Source: Patescibacteria group bacterium
GTDB lineage: Bacteria; Patescibacteriota; Minisyncoccia; Phycocordibacterales; UBA918
Reading direction: 5' to 3'
Length of the DNA: 64,000 nt
Assembly (NCBI GenBank): GCA_039188945.1
Contig: JBCCYW010000003.1
Coordinates: 8,573 to 72,572 of the forward strand
Below the pieces are notes generated by a model that did no database searches, was not told the DNA's origin, and saw nothing but the letters and a program-made list of their open reading frames with translations. Of this stretch, positions 21,159-29,418 are shown piece after piece. The first letter of the stretch is position 1; every line of letters begins with the position of its first letter. Both the position numbers and the translations under genes were made by a program.

Positions 21159-22739
21159 TTACTTCAGAATCGACTTTACATCATTGATTTCTTTTTCTAT
21201 CAAGGTCTCTGATACTTCGAGTGCCTGGTTAAGTCCTTCGACCGCTTCTTTTTCACCTTTTGAGAGTCGTTTTCGTTTGGTGATACTGTTTACTTGGTCA
21301 TAAATTTCATCACGCAGGGCTGAGAATATCTTCTCCATTTGATCCTGAATTTCACGAGTTTCTTTTCTCAGTTTTTCTTCCCGAAGATGATTCTGTTTCT
21401 TCTCGTACCAGATGAATGCAATCAACATGATGATAATGAGCACGAGCACCATGATCAGGATGTTTACTGCGCTGAAGAATGCCCAGAAACTTGACTCTTC
21501 GTCCACCTCTTGCGGTGGCAGCCAGCCAGCTGTGATGAGCACTGGTACCGAACTCTCTGTCTCGTTACCAGCCTTGTCAGAAGCAACTACTCGTACCGTG
21601 TATGTACCATCTTCAAGTTCACCAAGCAGGTACCCGAGGCGTGCTTCGTCAGGAGTGATTTCAAAAGGTTCCTGGTCAGCAATTGTCATCTCATACACCT
21701 CGATACCTGATGTTTCATCGTTTGCCTCGAAGGTCAGAAGCGGGAATGACGAGGCAGTAGTACCGGCCTGTACATTGATCTCAAAGTCTTCTGGCGGTGT
21801 TGTGTCAATCTGAATCTTTCGATTAAGGACCGTTCCCCATCCAACTTGGTTGCGGAATTTGATACTCAAGTATTGAACTCCATCAGAGACCACATCACTG
21901 TTAATGATGAACTCTTCGATCGGCGGATCATAAACGGCATCCTCGTTCTCTTCGGGCTGATTTTCCGAAGACGTGGCAATTTCAACCGCAACTACATTTA
22001 CATCAAATGGTAGTGTCCAGCTGAAAATACCATCGGTTGTACTGTACCAAGTATCTGGATCAAGGAATTCTTGCGAACCAATTTCTGGTGCACGAGGCGG
22101 ATCACCAAAGGCGATGGCTGCGTTGTCTGCATCTGGCTCAGGTTCTGGTTCCGGAGTAGGAGTTGGGGTCGGGTCAGGTGTTGGTATCGGCGCACCACCA
22201 ACCGTAAACGTGGCGCCACTAGCATTCTCAAATACATCAGTACCAAGACCATCTGCTGCTAAAACTGACGCTGAGTTGAAGGTTACCGCGCCATCACCTT
22301 CACCAACCGCTCGCCACGTTACCGTGACTAGTGTGGAATCTGCGGTGAAAGGAGTTGGACTACCTCCCCCGAAGGTAATGGTCCCGGCTGAGTTTGAGAA
22401 TTCAGGTTCAGTTGTCCAAAGCGAGAACACCGAGCCATCTCGAGAGACACTCACTACCTGCAAAACAGCTGTATCAAATGAGAGATTTGCTTCAACAGCG
22501 TTCACGTTATCACCGCTTGGTAACACTCGAACGGTAGACGTAAATGTTTGACCATTATTGTACGTTCCGCTAGCAGGTGACACTGAGAGATCTGCCGCCT
22601 TGGCGGTAGTAGCACCAAGCACGAAAAAGGCTACGGCAACAACCGCTCCTAAGAACAAGGTATTCCGAATTAAACTGAAAAGTACAGACTGAAGAACAAA
22701 CATAGCTTCCCTCGGTGGATTACTCCGCTGCCGATACAT
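21159..22739 (-). CDS. Membrane-anchored surface protein with an N-terminal cohesin-like domain, Pro/Thr/Glu linker, Ig-like region, C-terminal TM helix and charged coiled-coil tail
   Basis: ORF track 526 aa. Segment LSVSPASGTYNNGQTFTSTVRVLPSGDNVNAVEANLSFDTAVLQVVSV...GTITFGG...TVTWRAVGEGDGAVTFNSASV matches cohesin-domain architecture. PTPDPTPTPTPEPEPEP linker. TM helix VNILIMVLVLIIIMLIAFIWY. Start may be the internal Met (MFVLQSV...). Confidence 0.55.
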   Translation of the reverse strand: MYRQRSNPPREAMFVLQSVLFSLIRNTLFLGAVVAVAFFVLGATTAKAADLSVSPASGTYNNGQTFTSTVRVLPSGDNVNAVEANLSFDTAVLQVVSVSRDGSVFSLWTTEPEFSNSAGTITFGGGSPTPFTADSTLVTVTWRAVGEGDGAVTFNSASVLAADGLGTDVFENASGATFTVGGAPIPTPDPTPTPTPEPEPEPDADNAAIAFGDPPRAPEIGSQEFLDPDTWYSTTDGIFSWTLPFDVNVVAVEIATSSENQPEENEDAVYDPPIEEFIINSDVVSDGVQYLSIKFRNQVGWGTVLNRKIQIDTTPPEDFEINVQAGTTASSFPLLTFEANDETSGIEVYEMTIADQEPFEITPDEARLGYLLGELEDGTYTVRVVASDKAGNETESSVPVLITAGWLPPQEVDEESSFWAFFSAVNILIMVLVLIIIMLIAFIWYEKKQNHLREEKLRKETREIQDQMEKIFSALRDEIYDQVNSITKRKRLSKGEKEAVEGLNQALEVSETLIEKEINDVKSILK

Positions 22740-22742
22740 CTA

Positions 22743-23210
22743 TTATGACATACGTCGGCGGCGTTTATCTTGAGTAATCTTCAGTTTTACTTTTTCTTTT
22801 TCTTCAGGTTTTAGAAGTGGTAGAACAAGGATCAAAACTCCATTTTTAATTTTTGCTTCAGCTTTCTCGATTTCAACACTCTCAGGCAAAATAATTCGTC
22901 GATAGAATTCTCCCCAAACACACTCTTCAGTAAAGAAAGCCCCGGCCGGCTTCTTTTTAGGAAACACGAGATACTCAGGGCGCAGACGCCGTCCTTCAAT
23001 CAGCACAATGTCCGCATCACCCTCAATTGAGACATGCACATCGTTTAGGTCGGCCCCAGCTGCTTGCGCGTAAATCACAATCATCTGTTCGGTTTGGTAG
23101 ACGTCAACATCAAGCTGCGCGATTTTATCAACCGCTGTTTCTTCTTCACTTGATTGCAGTGACGCGCCAGCGCGGACACCCCGACCTTTTAGTCTTTGCA
23201 GAAAGGACAT
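22743..23210 (-). CDS. Hsp20/alpha-crystallin family small heat-shock protein
   Basis: ORF track 155 aa. LDVDVYQTEQMIVIYAQAAGADLNDVHVSIEGD..LVIEG....GEFYRRIILPESVEIEKAEAKIKNGVLILVLPL is the alpha-crystallin domain signature. Gaps of 4 and 56 nt to neighbours. Confidence 0.85.
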   Translation of the reverse strand: MSFLQRLKGRGVRAGASLQSSEEETAVDKIAQLDVDVYQTEQMIVIYAQAAGADLNDVHVSIEGDADIVLIEGRRLRPEYLVFPKKKPAGAFFTEECVWGEFYRRIILPESVEIEKAEAKIKNGVLILVLPLLKPEEKEKVKLKITQDKRRRRMS

Positions 23211-23265
23211 AGATAGCTAAATAATACCTTGTTGCTGTATAAATAAGGTGCGTTTTACCCACATC

Positions 23266-25245
23266 TTACCCAGTCCAATTAAAGAGCAGGATTGAGAAGT
23301 CGGTCAGTGTGACATTGCCATCACGATTGATGTCTGCCGGGGGATCAGAAGCACCACCATCAGTTCCCCACCAAAAAAGTAAAATTGAGAAGTCGATGAG
23401 ATTCACACTTCCGTCTCGGTTCAGGTCTGCATCCAGAGCGATTTCTGCTTCCTGACCAACTCCATAAAATGTGTAGCCTGAGAAGTCAGTTTCAATTGGG
23501 TCGTCATTAACGTCTGTTCCGTTGGCTCGAGCTCGTACTTTATACGTACCTCGTGCAAAGCCAGTGGTATCAACTTCAACCGACCAGCGGCCGCGGTTGT
23601 CAGATTCAGTGACCAGTGTTTCAAGTGACGCAGACGAACCGTCTTGTTCATTCTCGATTGTTACCGTAGCGTCAGGCAGGGTGTAACCACTGATCACAAC
23701 CAGATCACCAATCTCAGCTGGATCAGGTTCAACCAAAATAGATGGCATAACATTCACATTAGACAAACTCGAAGTTCGTGAACCAGTGACTGTAAATGAA
23801 GTACTGAAGGTTGATGAGCGAACATTCTCATCGTCAACACCATATACACCAAACGTATAAACACCCCGCGCAATTTCATCGATTGTCACACTGTACCGAC
23901 CATCGCTATCAGAGGTATCTGTTTCTGCGATATTGCCATCAACCAAGGCAACAATCGTACTAAACGGGAAAGCATACCCATTGATAATCACCCGTCCATC
24001 ACCACTTTCAAACGGTGCATCGGTACTTTCAAAACCACCACCTGATTCATCATCATCGTCGTCACCAGAGCTACCGCCACCACCGCCACCAGAACCGCCA
24101 GTACCAGCATCACCACCTTCTGCGGGAGTTTCACCGCTGGAGTTACCGGTTGTACCGCCTGAGCCGCTACCGTCTCCTGTGCCTTCATTGCCTGAGCCGC
24201 TACCGTCTCCCGAAACATCTCCTTCTTCGTTCGCCGTACCCGTTGGAATATCGTTTACCGTGAACTGAATCACATAATCGTCAGTATTGAAGTTACCTTC
24301 ATCATCGATACATCGTACGTAGAAGGTGTTCACACTATTTGGCACAATTGCCACCACTTCTGAATGAAAAATTAAACCGGTTGTATCAAAGACATTCGCA
24401 GCTGACGATCCATACGCCACACCAGAGCTGGCAGAAAATTGACACACCGCCAACTCGTCAGTTTCTAAACTGATTTCTACGTTGAGTGTTGTACCACCCA
24501 CAGTTGTGGTCGGGGCACCATTAAAGCGGAACGGTGGCACTGTCTCAGTAGTATCAAGAGACGGCACATTTACCTCTTCAATGAGATACAGAACTGGATT
24601 TGCATTAGCGACTAATCCCCCGTCATAGATTTCAAGGGTCATATCATTGCGACCTAGTGACGGGCCATTTTCAATTGGCTCAATATCTGCGGCAGTCGTG
24701 GTGGTTCCGGTTGAGCTACTGAAATTAATGCTGAAAACATTAGATTTCGATGTGTGATTACCAATTAAAATCTGCACCTGATCCCCTTGACTAAGGCCGG
24801 TAGACGAATTGAGTGTGTATTCAATTAATCCGGGACTACCAGTAGTTATGGTCACACCGTCAAAGGTTGCGTCTGGAGATGATGAAGAGAGGCGAGGTGT
24901 ACCATTGACCACCATCTCGACATTTCTCACGTCACTAAATGTCGACGTTGCTAGAATAGTGAAACCAGTTGGTGGTGTAATATCAATTCTGGCCCCCGGA
25001 GACACAGCAATGTTTGTGGTAAAACCAATCGTATGGTTTGCAGGATCACCAGGCGTCGAGTCAGACAACGTATCGCTATACGTCAAGATATTGTTGTTGG
25101 TCGCACTTGCACTCTGTGGCGCAATAACAAACAAACTCAGTACAAAAAAACTGATCAGCACAAAATGTTCTAGCTGAGCTAGTTTGCTATACATATATAT
25201 GTATAGTTTACCGTGTGCAACTAGTACAAATGACGCTTCGTACAC
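23266..25245 (-). CDS. Secreted protein with a C-terminal type-I dockerin domain (two Ca-binding repeats), Gly/Ser-rich linker and Ig-like domains
   Basis: ORF track 659 aa. C-terminus LDADLNRDGSVNLIDFSILLFWWG...ADINRDGNVTLTDFSILLFNW has two canonical DxNxDGxxxxxD dockerin loops. N-terminal signal peptide (likely start MYSKLAQLEHFVLISFFVLSLFVIAPQSASA at about 25194). G/S/D low-complexity linker around 24040-24240. Confidence 0.7.
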   Translation of the reverse strand: MYEASFVLVAHGKLYIYMYSKLAQLEHFVLISFFVLSLFVIAPQSASATNNNILTYSDTLSDSTPGDPANHTIGFTTNIAVSPGARIDITPPTGFTILATSTFSDVRNVEMVVNGTPRLSSSSPDATFDGVTITTGSPGLIEYTLNSSTGLSQGDQVQILIGNHTSKSNVFSINFSSSTGTTTTAADIEPIENGPSLGRNDMTLEIYDGGLVANANPVLYLIEEVNVPSLDTTETVPPFRFNGAPTTTVGGTTLNVEISLETDELAVCQFSASSGVAYGSSAANVFDTTGLIFHSEVVAIVPNSVNTFYVRCIDDEGNFNTDDYVIQFTVNDIPTGTANEEGDVSGDGSGSGNEGTGDGSGSGGTTGNSSGETPAEGGDAGTGGSGGGGGGSSGDDDDDESGGGFESTDAPFESGDGRVIINGYAFPFSTIVALVDGNIAETDTSDSDGRYSVTIDEIARGVYTFGVYGVDDENVRSSTFSTSFTVTGSRTSSLSNVNVMPSILVEPDPAEIGDLVVISGYTLPDATVTIENEQDGSSASLETLVTESDNRGRWSVEVDTTGFARGTYKVRARANGTDVNDDPIETDFSGYTFYGVGQEAEIALDADLNRDGSVNLIDFSILLFWWGTDGGASDPPADINRDGNVTLTDFSILLFNWTG

Positions 25246-25248
25246 AGG

Positions 25249-26052
25249 CTACTGCACGCAGCGAAAACCAACTGCTGTACCCGAGAAACTCGCCTTTGTC
25301 TGCATATGTGAGGTATAGATACCGGCGTCTCGCTGACTGCCATAAAATCCTCCTTTCATAATTCCGTACGTACCCGTGTTGTCAGACCAAAAGTAGTCTC
25401 CAGCAAACAGCTCACCAGGAGTTTCTGTAGTAGCTACAGCAATTCCTTCACTATCAACCTCACTAACATAGCCCTCTTCAGGTAAAGCTCTATTTTTATA
25501 TTGTCCAGCGATCACATCACCGCTGACCCACTCCCAGACATTTCCAACCATATCTGACACACCGCTGGGAGTTCGACAGTTTTCATACTCTCCAGTCTCA
25601 CGAAGTTCTCGACTACCCACATTACACTCTTGATCTGAGTTTATGAGGGCTTGTGCTACTACGTACCATTCAGACGCAGCTGGCAAGCGAGCTTCGCGAC
25701 GAGCACAGATAGCACTGGCTTGATCTCGGGTGACGTGGCGCCAGGGTAAAACACCCGGCTCAGATCGTCCGGAGCAAGTCTGCATTTGGAGATTCTGTTG
25801 TGTCTCATTGCTTGTGGCTGGATGAGCATATAAACAATCTCCTCCAGCACTTACCTCAAATTGATCGATACACGAAAAAGTAATCCCTGCTGCGACAGCG
25901 ACCATACCATCTGGACAAGCTGTTGCGTCTGTCGCGATGAGTTGTCCAAGTAACGTAGACTTCGAACCTCGCAATGTATCGGTGGCATCAATACCAAAAG
26001 CCGTTATCACAACCGCTCCTACCACTACTGCTATACCTTTTACCCATTTCAT
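25249..26052 (-). CDS. FGE-sulfatase (SUMF1/formylglycine-generating-enzyme family) domain protein, N-terminal TM/signal. Paralog 1 of 3
   Basis: ORF track 267 aa. MVGNVWEWV...GGFYGS...GFRCV motifs of the FGE-sulfatase domain. TM/signal KGIAVVVGAVVITAFGI. Confidence 0.75.
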   Translation of the reverse strand: MKWVKGIAVVVGAVVITAFGIDATDTLRGSKSTLLGQLIATDATACPDGMVAVAAGITFSCIDQFEVSAGGDCLYAHPATSNETQQNLQMQTCSGRSEPGVLPWRHVTRDQASAICARREARLPAASEWYVVAQALINSDQECNVGSRELRETGEYENCRTPSGVSDMVGNVWEWVSGDVIAGQYKNRALPEEGYVSEVDSEGIAVATTETPGELFAGDYFWSDNTGTYGIMKGGFYGSQRDAGIYTSHMQTKASFSGTAVGFRCVQ

Positions 26053-26053
26053 A

Positions 26054-26878
26054 TTACTGACTTATCGCACAACGAAAACCAATCGCTTCTCCAGCAAAAC
26101 TAGGATCAATATGAGCGTGTGTAGTAAACACCCCAGCATCTTCCCGGCTGCCATAAAATCCACCGCGCATGACGACATATCTACCTGAATCATCAGGCGA
26201 CCAAAAATAATCATCACCAAATAATTCACTCGGTGATGCGCTGGTGGTGTCAGCCAAGCCATTGCCTGACACCGATGTCACATATCCTTCTTCTGGTAGC
26301 TCGCGCTGCGCAACTGAACCTTCGACAACCTCAGCATCGACCCACTCCCAGACATTGCCGACCATATCAAACGCCTCAACTCCAGATACGCATGCTGACC
26401 ATGTCCCAGTCTCGGTCTTCGTACCGGCGATGTTACATGCACCTCCGGTATCTGGCGTTGCCTGACTAGCCACATACCATTCACGTAAAGTAGGTAACCG
26501 TTTACCAGCTTTCCGGCACAAGGCTTCAGCTTGATGCTTTGCCACGTTAGTCCATGGTTGCACGTCTGGTTCTGATACCGGTTCACAACTGCCAGAGTTA
26601 AGGTTCTCGGTAGTTGCGGCAGCACTTCTTGGTAGCGAGGTTGGACAAGAACGATCTGGGCTCACTTCATACTGATCGATACAAAACGAAGCGGCACCAT
26701 CGTCAACAAATACCATACCTTCCGGGCAACTCTGGCGAGATGCGCGATCAGCTAGTATGCCAAGAGCCGACTGTGATCCGCGAAGCAGGTCTGTAGCGTC
26801 AATCGTAAAACTTGTGAGTGCAATAATACCCACACCAACAAAAATAAACCTCGCCCCTCCAATGACGAAACGCTTCAT
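26054..26878 (-). CDS. FGE-sulfatase domain protein, paralog 2 of 3
   Basis: ORF track 274 aa. MVGNVWEWVDAEV...RGGFYGS...GFRCA. 1-nt gap to paralog 1. Confidence 0.75.
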   Translation of the reverse strand: MKRFVIGGARFIFVGVGIIALTSFTIDATDLLRGSQSALGILADRASRQSCPEGMVFVDDGAASFCIDQYEVSPDRSCPTSLPRSAAATTENLNSGSCEPVSEPDVQPWTNVAKHQAEALCRKAGKRLPTLREWYVASQATPDTGGACNIAGTKTETGTWSACVSGVEAFDMVGNVWEWVDAEVVEGSVAQRELPEEGYVTSVSGNGLADTTSASPSELFGDDYFWSPDDSGRYVVMRGGFYGSREDAGVFTTHAHIDPSFAGEAIGFRCAISQ

Positions 26879-26905
26879 TCTCTACAGTATACGACCGGGC
26901 TAGGG

Positions 26906-27730
26906 TTACAGGACAATGTCTTGTACACACCGGAAGCCGATACCATTAGTCTTAAGCGTAGGCGCCACTGAGTAATTTTGAGAAAAAATACCAGCATCAC
27001 TACCCGCCCCATAAAAACCACCGCGTAACACCCCACGAACTCCTTCTCTGTTTACCCATGCATAATCATCGCCAAACTCAGGAACCGGCGTCGGTGAAGT
27101 AGAAGCAACCACTCCGTACTGATCAACCATTGCCACAAAGCCTGGTTCGGGAAGTGTTATCTCTTCACGAACGACACCCTCACGGACAGTCTCATTCGTC
27201 CACTCCCAAACATTTCCAACTAAGTCATAGACTCCTGACTGACTAGAGCAACGACCAGTTCCGGTCATTTCAGGATTAGAACCACTGTCAACCACACAAT
27301 CAGACTGCTCTGTAAGTCCAAGCGCTGTTCGATACCATTCTTCTGAGCTGGGCAAACGTTTGCCAACTCTGGCACATAACTGCTCTGCTTGGGTTTGACT
27401 CACAAACCGCCACGGCATAGCTTCGGCTTCTGAAACAGGCTCACAGCTTACTTCGTCAATATTCTGTCTACTCAATTGCTCATTACGGCTATCACGCTGA
27501 GGACAAGCTGACCCTGGAGAAGATTCATATTGATCAAAACAAACCGCGTGTGTACCGAACACCATACGCACGGTACCGACAGGACAAACGTTAACTCCCT
27601 CACTGACTAAGCCACGCAATAAACTTGAGTTGCCCTGAAACACATCTGCCGCTTGCAAACCAAGGGTTGAGATCACTACCGCTGCTCCACCAACCAGGAG
27701 GGTTTTAGGTAGCCTGCGAACGTTGCTCAT
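26906..27730 (-). CDS. FGE-sulfatase domain protein, paralog 3 of 3
   Basis: ORF track ORF 26906..27781. LVGNVWEWT...RGGFYGA...GFRCV. Start trimmed to the internal Met (MSNVRRLPKTLLVGGAAVVIS) to avoid a 77-nt overlap with the upstream gene. Confidence 0.7.
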   Translation of the reverse strand: MSNVRRLPKTLLVGGAAVVISTLGLQAADVFQGNSSLLRGLVSEGVNVCPVGTVRMVFGTHAVCFDQYESSPGSACPQRDSRNEQLSRQNIDEVSCEPVSEAEAMPWRFVSQTQAEQLCARVGKRLPSSEEWYRTALGLTEQSDCVVDSGSNPEMTGTGRCSSQSGVYDLVGNVWEWTNETVREGVVREEITLPEPGFVAMVDQYGVVASTSPTPVPEFGDDYAWVNREGVRGVLRGGFYGAGSDAGIFSQNYSVAPTLKTNGIGFRCVQDIVL

Positions 27731-28145
27731 ACCGAAGCTGTTCTCGACCACGTACGTAGTCGAGAATATAATTAAGCACAATTAGTACCAATAGGATAAA
27801 GAGGATGGTGCTTAGTACGTACGTTGAAATATCGATATCTTGAGTTGTACCAGTTTGCGTCGATAGATTTATGGCAATTTCTCGGTCGGCTACTGCTGCC
27901 TCGCGCTCATCCAGTTCGCGTTCTCGCTCAGTAATTGCAGCGGTCATTTGGTTAAGTTCAGTTGGCGCCACACCAACACTCACACCAACCGCGGCGCCTA
28001 AATAATTTTGGGTTGATTGTGACAACTGGCTAGTTGTTGTTGATAACAAGCCACTATCAAAGACAAGAATGAAAGCAGTAACAACAGCGGCTACCCGAAG
28101 TAAGACATGGTAAAACGGTACATTCATAGGTCCACTATAGCACAA
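27705..28145 (-). CDS. Small membrane protein with central coiled coil (hypothetical)
   Basis: ORF track 146 aa. N- and C-terminal hydrophobic segments flank ERERELDEREAAVADREIAINL. Confidence 0.45.
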   Translation of the reverse strand: MCYSGPMNVPFYHVLLRVAAVVTAFILVFDSGLLSTTTSQLSQSTQNYLGAAVGVSVGVAPTELNQMTAAITERERELDEREAAVADREIAINLSTQTGTTQDIDISTYVLSTILFILLVLIVLNYILDYVRGREQLRYEQRSQAT

Positions 28146-28157
28146 GCACGTACTGTG

Positions 28158-29228
28158 CTACGCAAAGAGCAGTAGCAAAACAATCAGGAAGAGAGCCGTG
28201 ACAACCAGCATCACAATCATGACCATAAAGAGTGTTGATGTGCCGCGAGACTGGCGACGCCGCACTAATCGGCGACCGCCACCATACGCAGCCAAGGTTC
28301 GGCGGATGTAGGCCCGAACTCCAAAGTACGTAGCGAGCAGTAACACCGCAAGCACCCCGAGAGCTGGACCAATAATATCCATTGGCAAAATCCAGAAAGA
28401 GACAGTACTGAATATCGTTGATTTTCGTCCGTCCGCTCCGTACGTCAGACTAACTACAGCATTGTACCGACCAAAACCAGGACCTTCATCTTCCCAACTA
28501 ACAACAAAATCTCGATCAGTTCCTGGGAATACTCCCCCTTCAGATTCATTTAGGGTTAGTAAGGCAACCCGTTCACCGAACATATTGAACACCTCAAGCG
28601 GACCAAATGGTCGAACCAGGACGTTTCCAGCATTCCTAATCGTAGCCGTAAATGCAACATCAGTTGAACCATAGATATAATTGTCAGTTGAGAACGAGCG
28701 TAGCTGAGCACTCTCAACCGCATCCCCCGCAACACGGATACTCACAATATTAGCCACTTCATACCCAACTGCAGCACCGACCGTTCGAAGTCGAGGTGGA
28801 TCAACCGAAACAAACACTCCACCGAAGTGACTTCCAGGAGAGGCGTCTTCAGGGACACGCAACGTAAACGAGACCTCTTGTTCACTACTGGCGCCAAGGG
28901 TTATTTCTTCAGTGGATAGTTCAATCCACTCGGACAGTTCAAAGCCAGTTTTTTCAGTATTTTCATTTGCGAACACTGGTACACCACCATCGCGAACACC
29001 AATGATATCACGCTTAAACAGGTAGATAGTTTGTTCGACGTCAGCCAAGTTACTCACCGTAACGGTATACTGCTTTTCTTCACCCGGCACTGCCGGTTCC
29101 TCAATCGTGGCGGGCTTAATACCAATACCTGCTGAACCCTGCGCCAATGCAGATTCTGCCGTAAATAACCCCATCACTGCTAGTGACAGAGCAATAAGAA
29201 AAGTCGTTCGCTTCATTCCGAGTAACAT
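28158..29228 (-). CDS. Cell-surface protein with signal peptide, beta-rich ectodomain, C-terminal TM anchor and Arg-rich tail. Possibly DUF916/DUF3324-like
   Basis: ORF track 356 aa. Signal peptide MKRTTFLIALSLAVMGLFTAESALA. GIGIKPATIEEPAVPGEEKQYTVTVSN. C-terminal WILPMDIIGPALGVLAVLLLATYF then RRTLAAYGGGRRLVRRRQSR. Family assignment is tentative. Confidence 0.5.
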   Translation of the reverse strand: MLLGMKRTTFLIALSLAVMGLFTAESALAQGSAGIGIKPATIEEPAVPGEEKQYTVTVSNLADVEQTIYLFKRDIIGVRDGGVPVFANENTEKTGFELSEWIELSTEEITLGASSEQEVSFTLRVPEDASPGSHFGGVFVSVDPPRLRTVGAAVGYEVANIVSIRVAGDAVESAQLRSFSTDNYIYGSTDVAFTATIRNAGNVLVRPFGPLEVFNMFGERVALLTLNESEGGVFPGTDRDFVVSWEDEGPGFGRYNAVVSLTYGADGRKSTIFSTVSFWILPMDIIGPALGVLAVLLLATYFGVRAYIRRTLAAYGGGRRLVRRRQSRGTSTLFMVMIVMLVVTALFLIVLLLLFA

Positions 29229-29365
29229 ATAGACTAACGAATATCCCTCTATGGTATCACTACTTGAGAGAACACTCTAAAGAATCTTTGTATAACTTAA
29301 AATCCATACATCTCAAGTGAGTTAACGCATAAAATACCCGCGAGCATACCTATATACGTATAAGA

Positions 29366-29396
29366 AAAACCTCCCAGGAGGAGGTTTTTCTTAGCT
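29366..29396. terminator. Rho-independent terminator: aaaaacctcc-cagga-ggaggttttt, perfect 10-bp stem with flanking A/T runs (bidirectional)
   Basis: Seen directly. Just downstream (lower coordinates) of the stop of the 29419..30549 minus-strand gene. Confidence 0.7.
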
Positions 29397-29418
29397 CTAC
29401 GTTTGCAGGGTTGATCAC

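Noticed and set aside
24015-24263. His-rich 82-aa ORF (HRYFQNHHLIHHHRRHQ...) and the 16636..16824 His/Gln-rich ORF
   Set aside because: Alternative-frame artefacts of the Gly/Ser/Asp low-complexity linker of the dockerin protein and of the giant gene. No independent signals.
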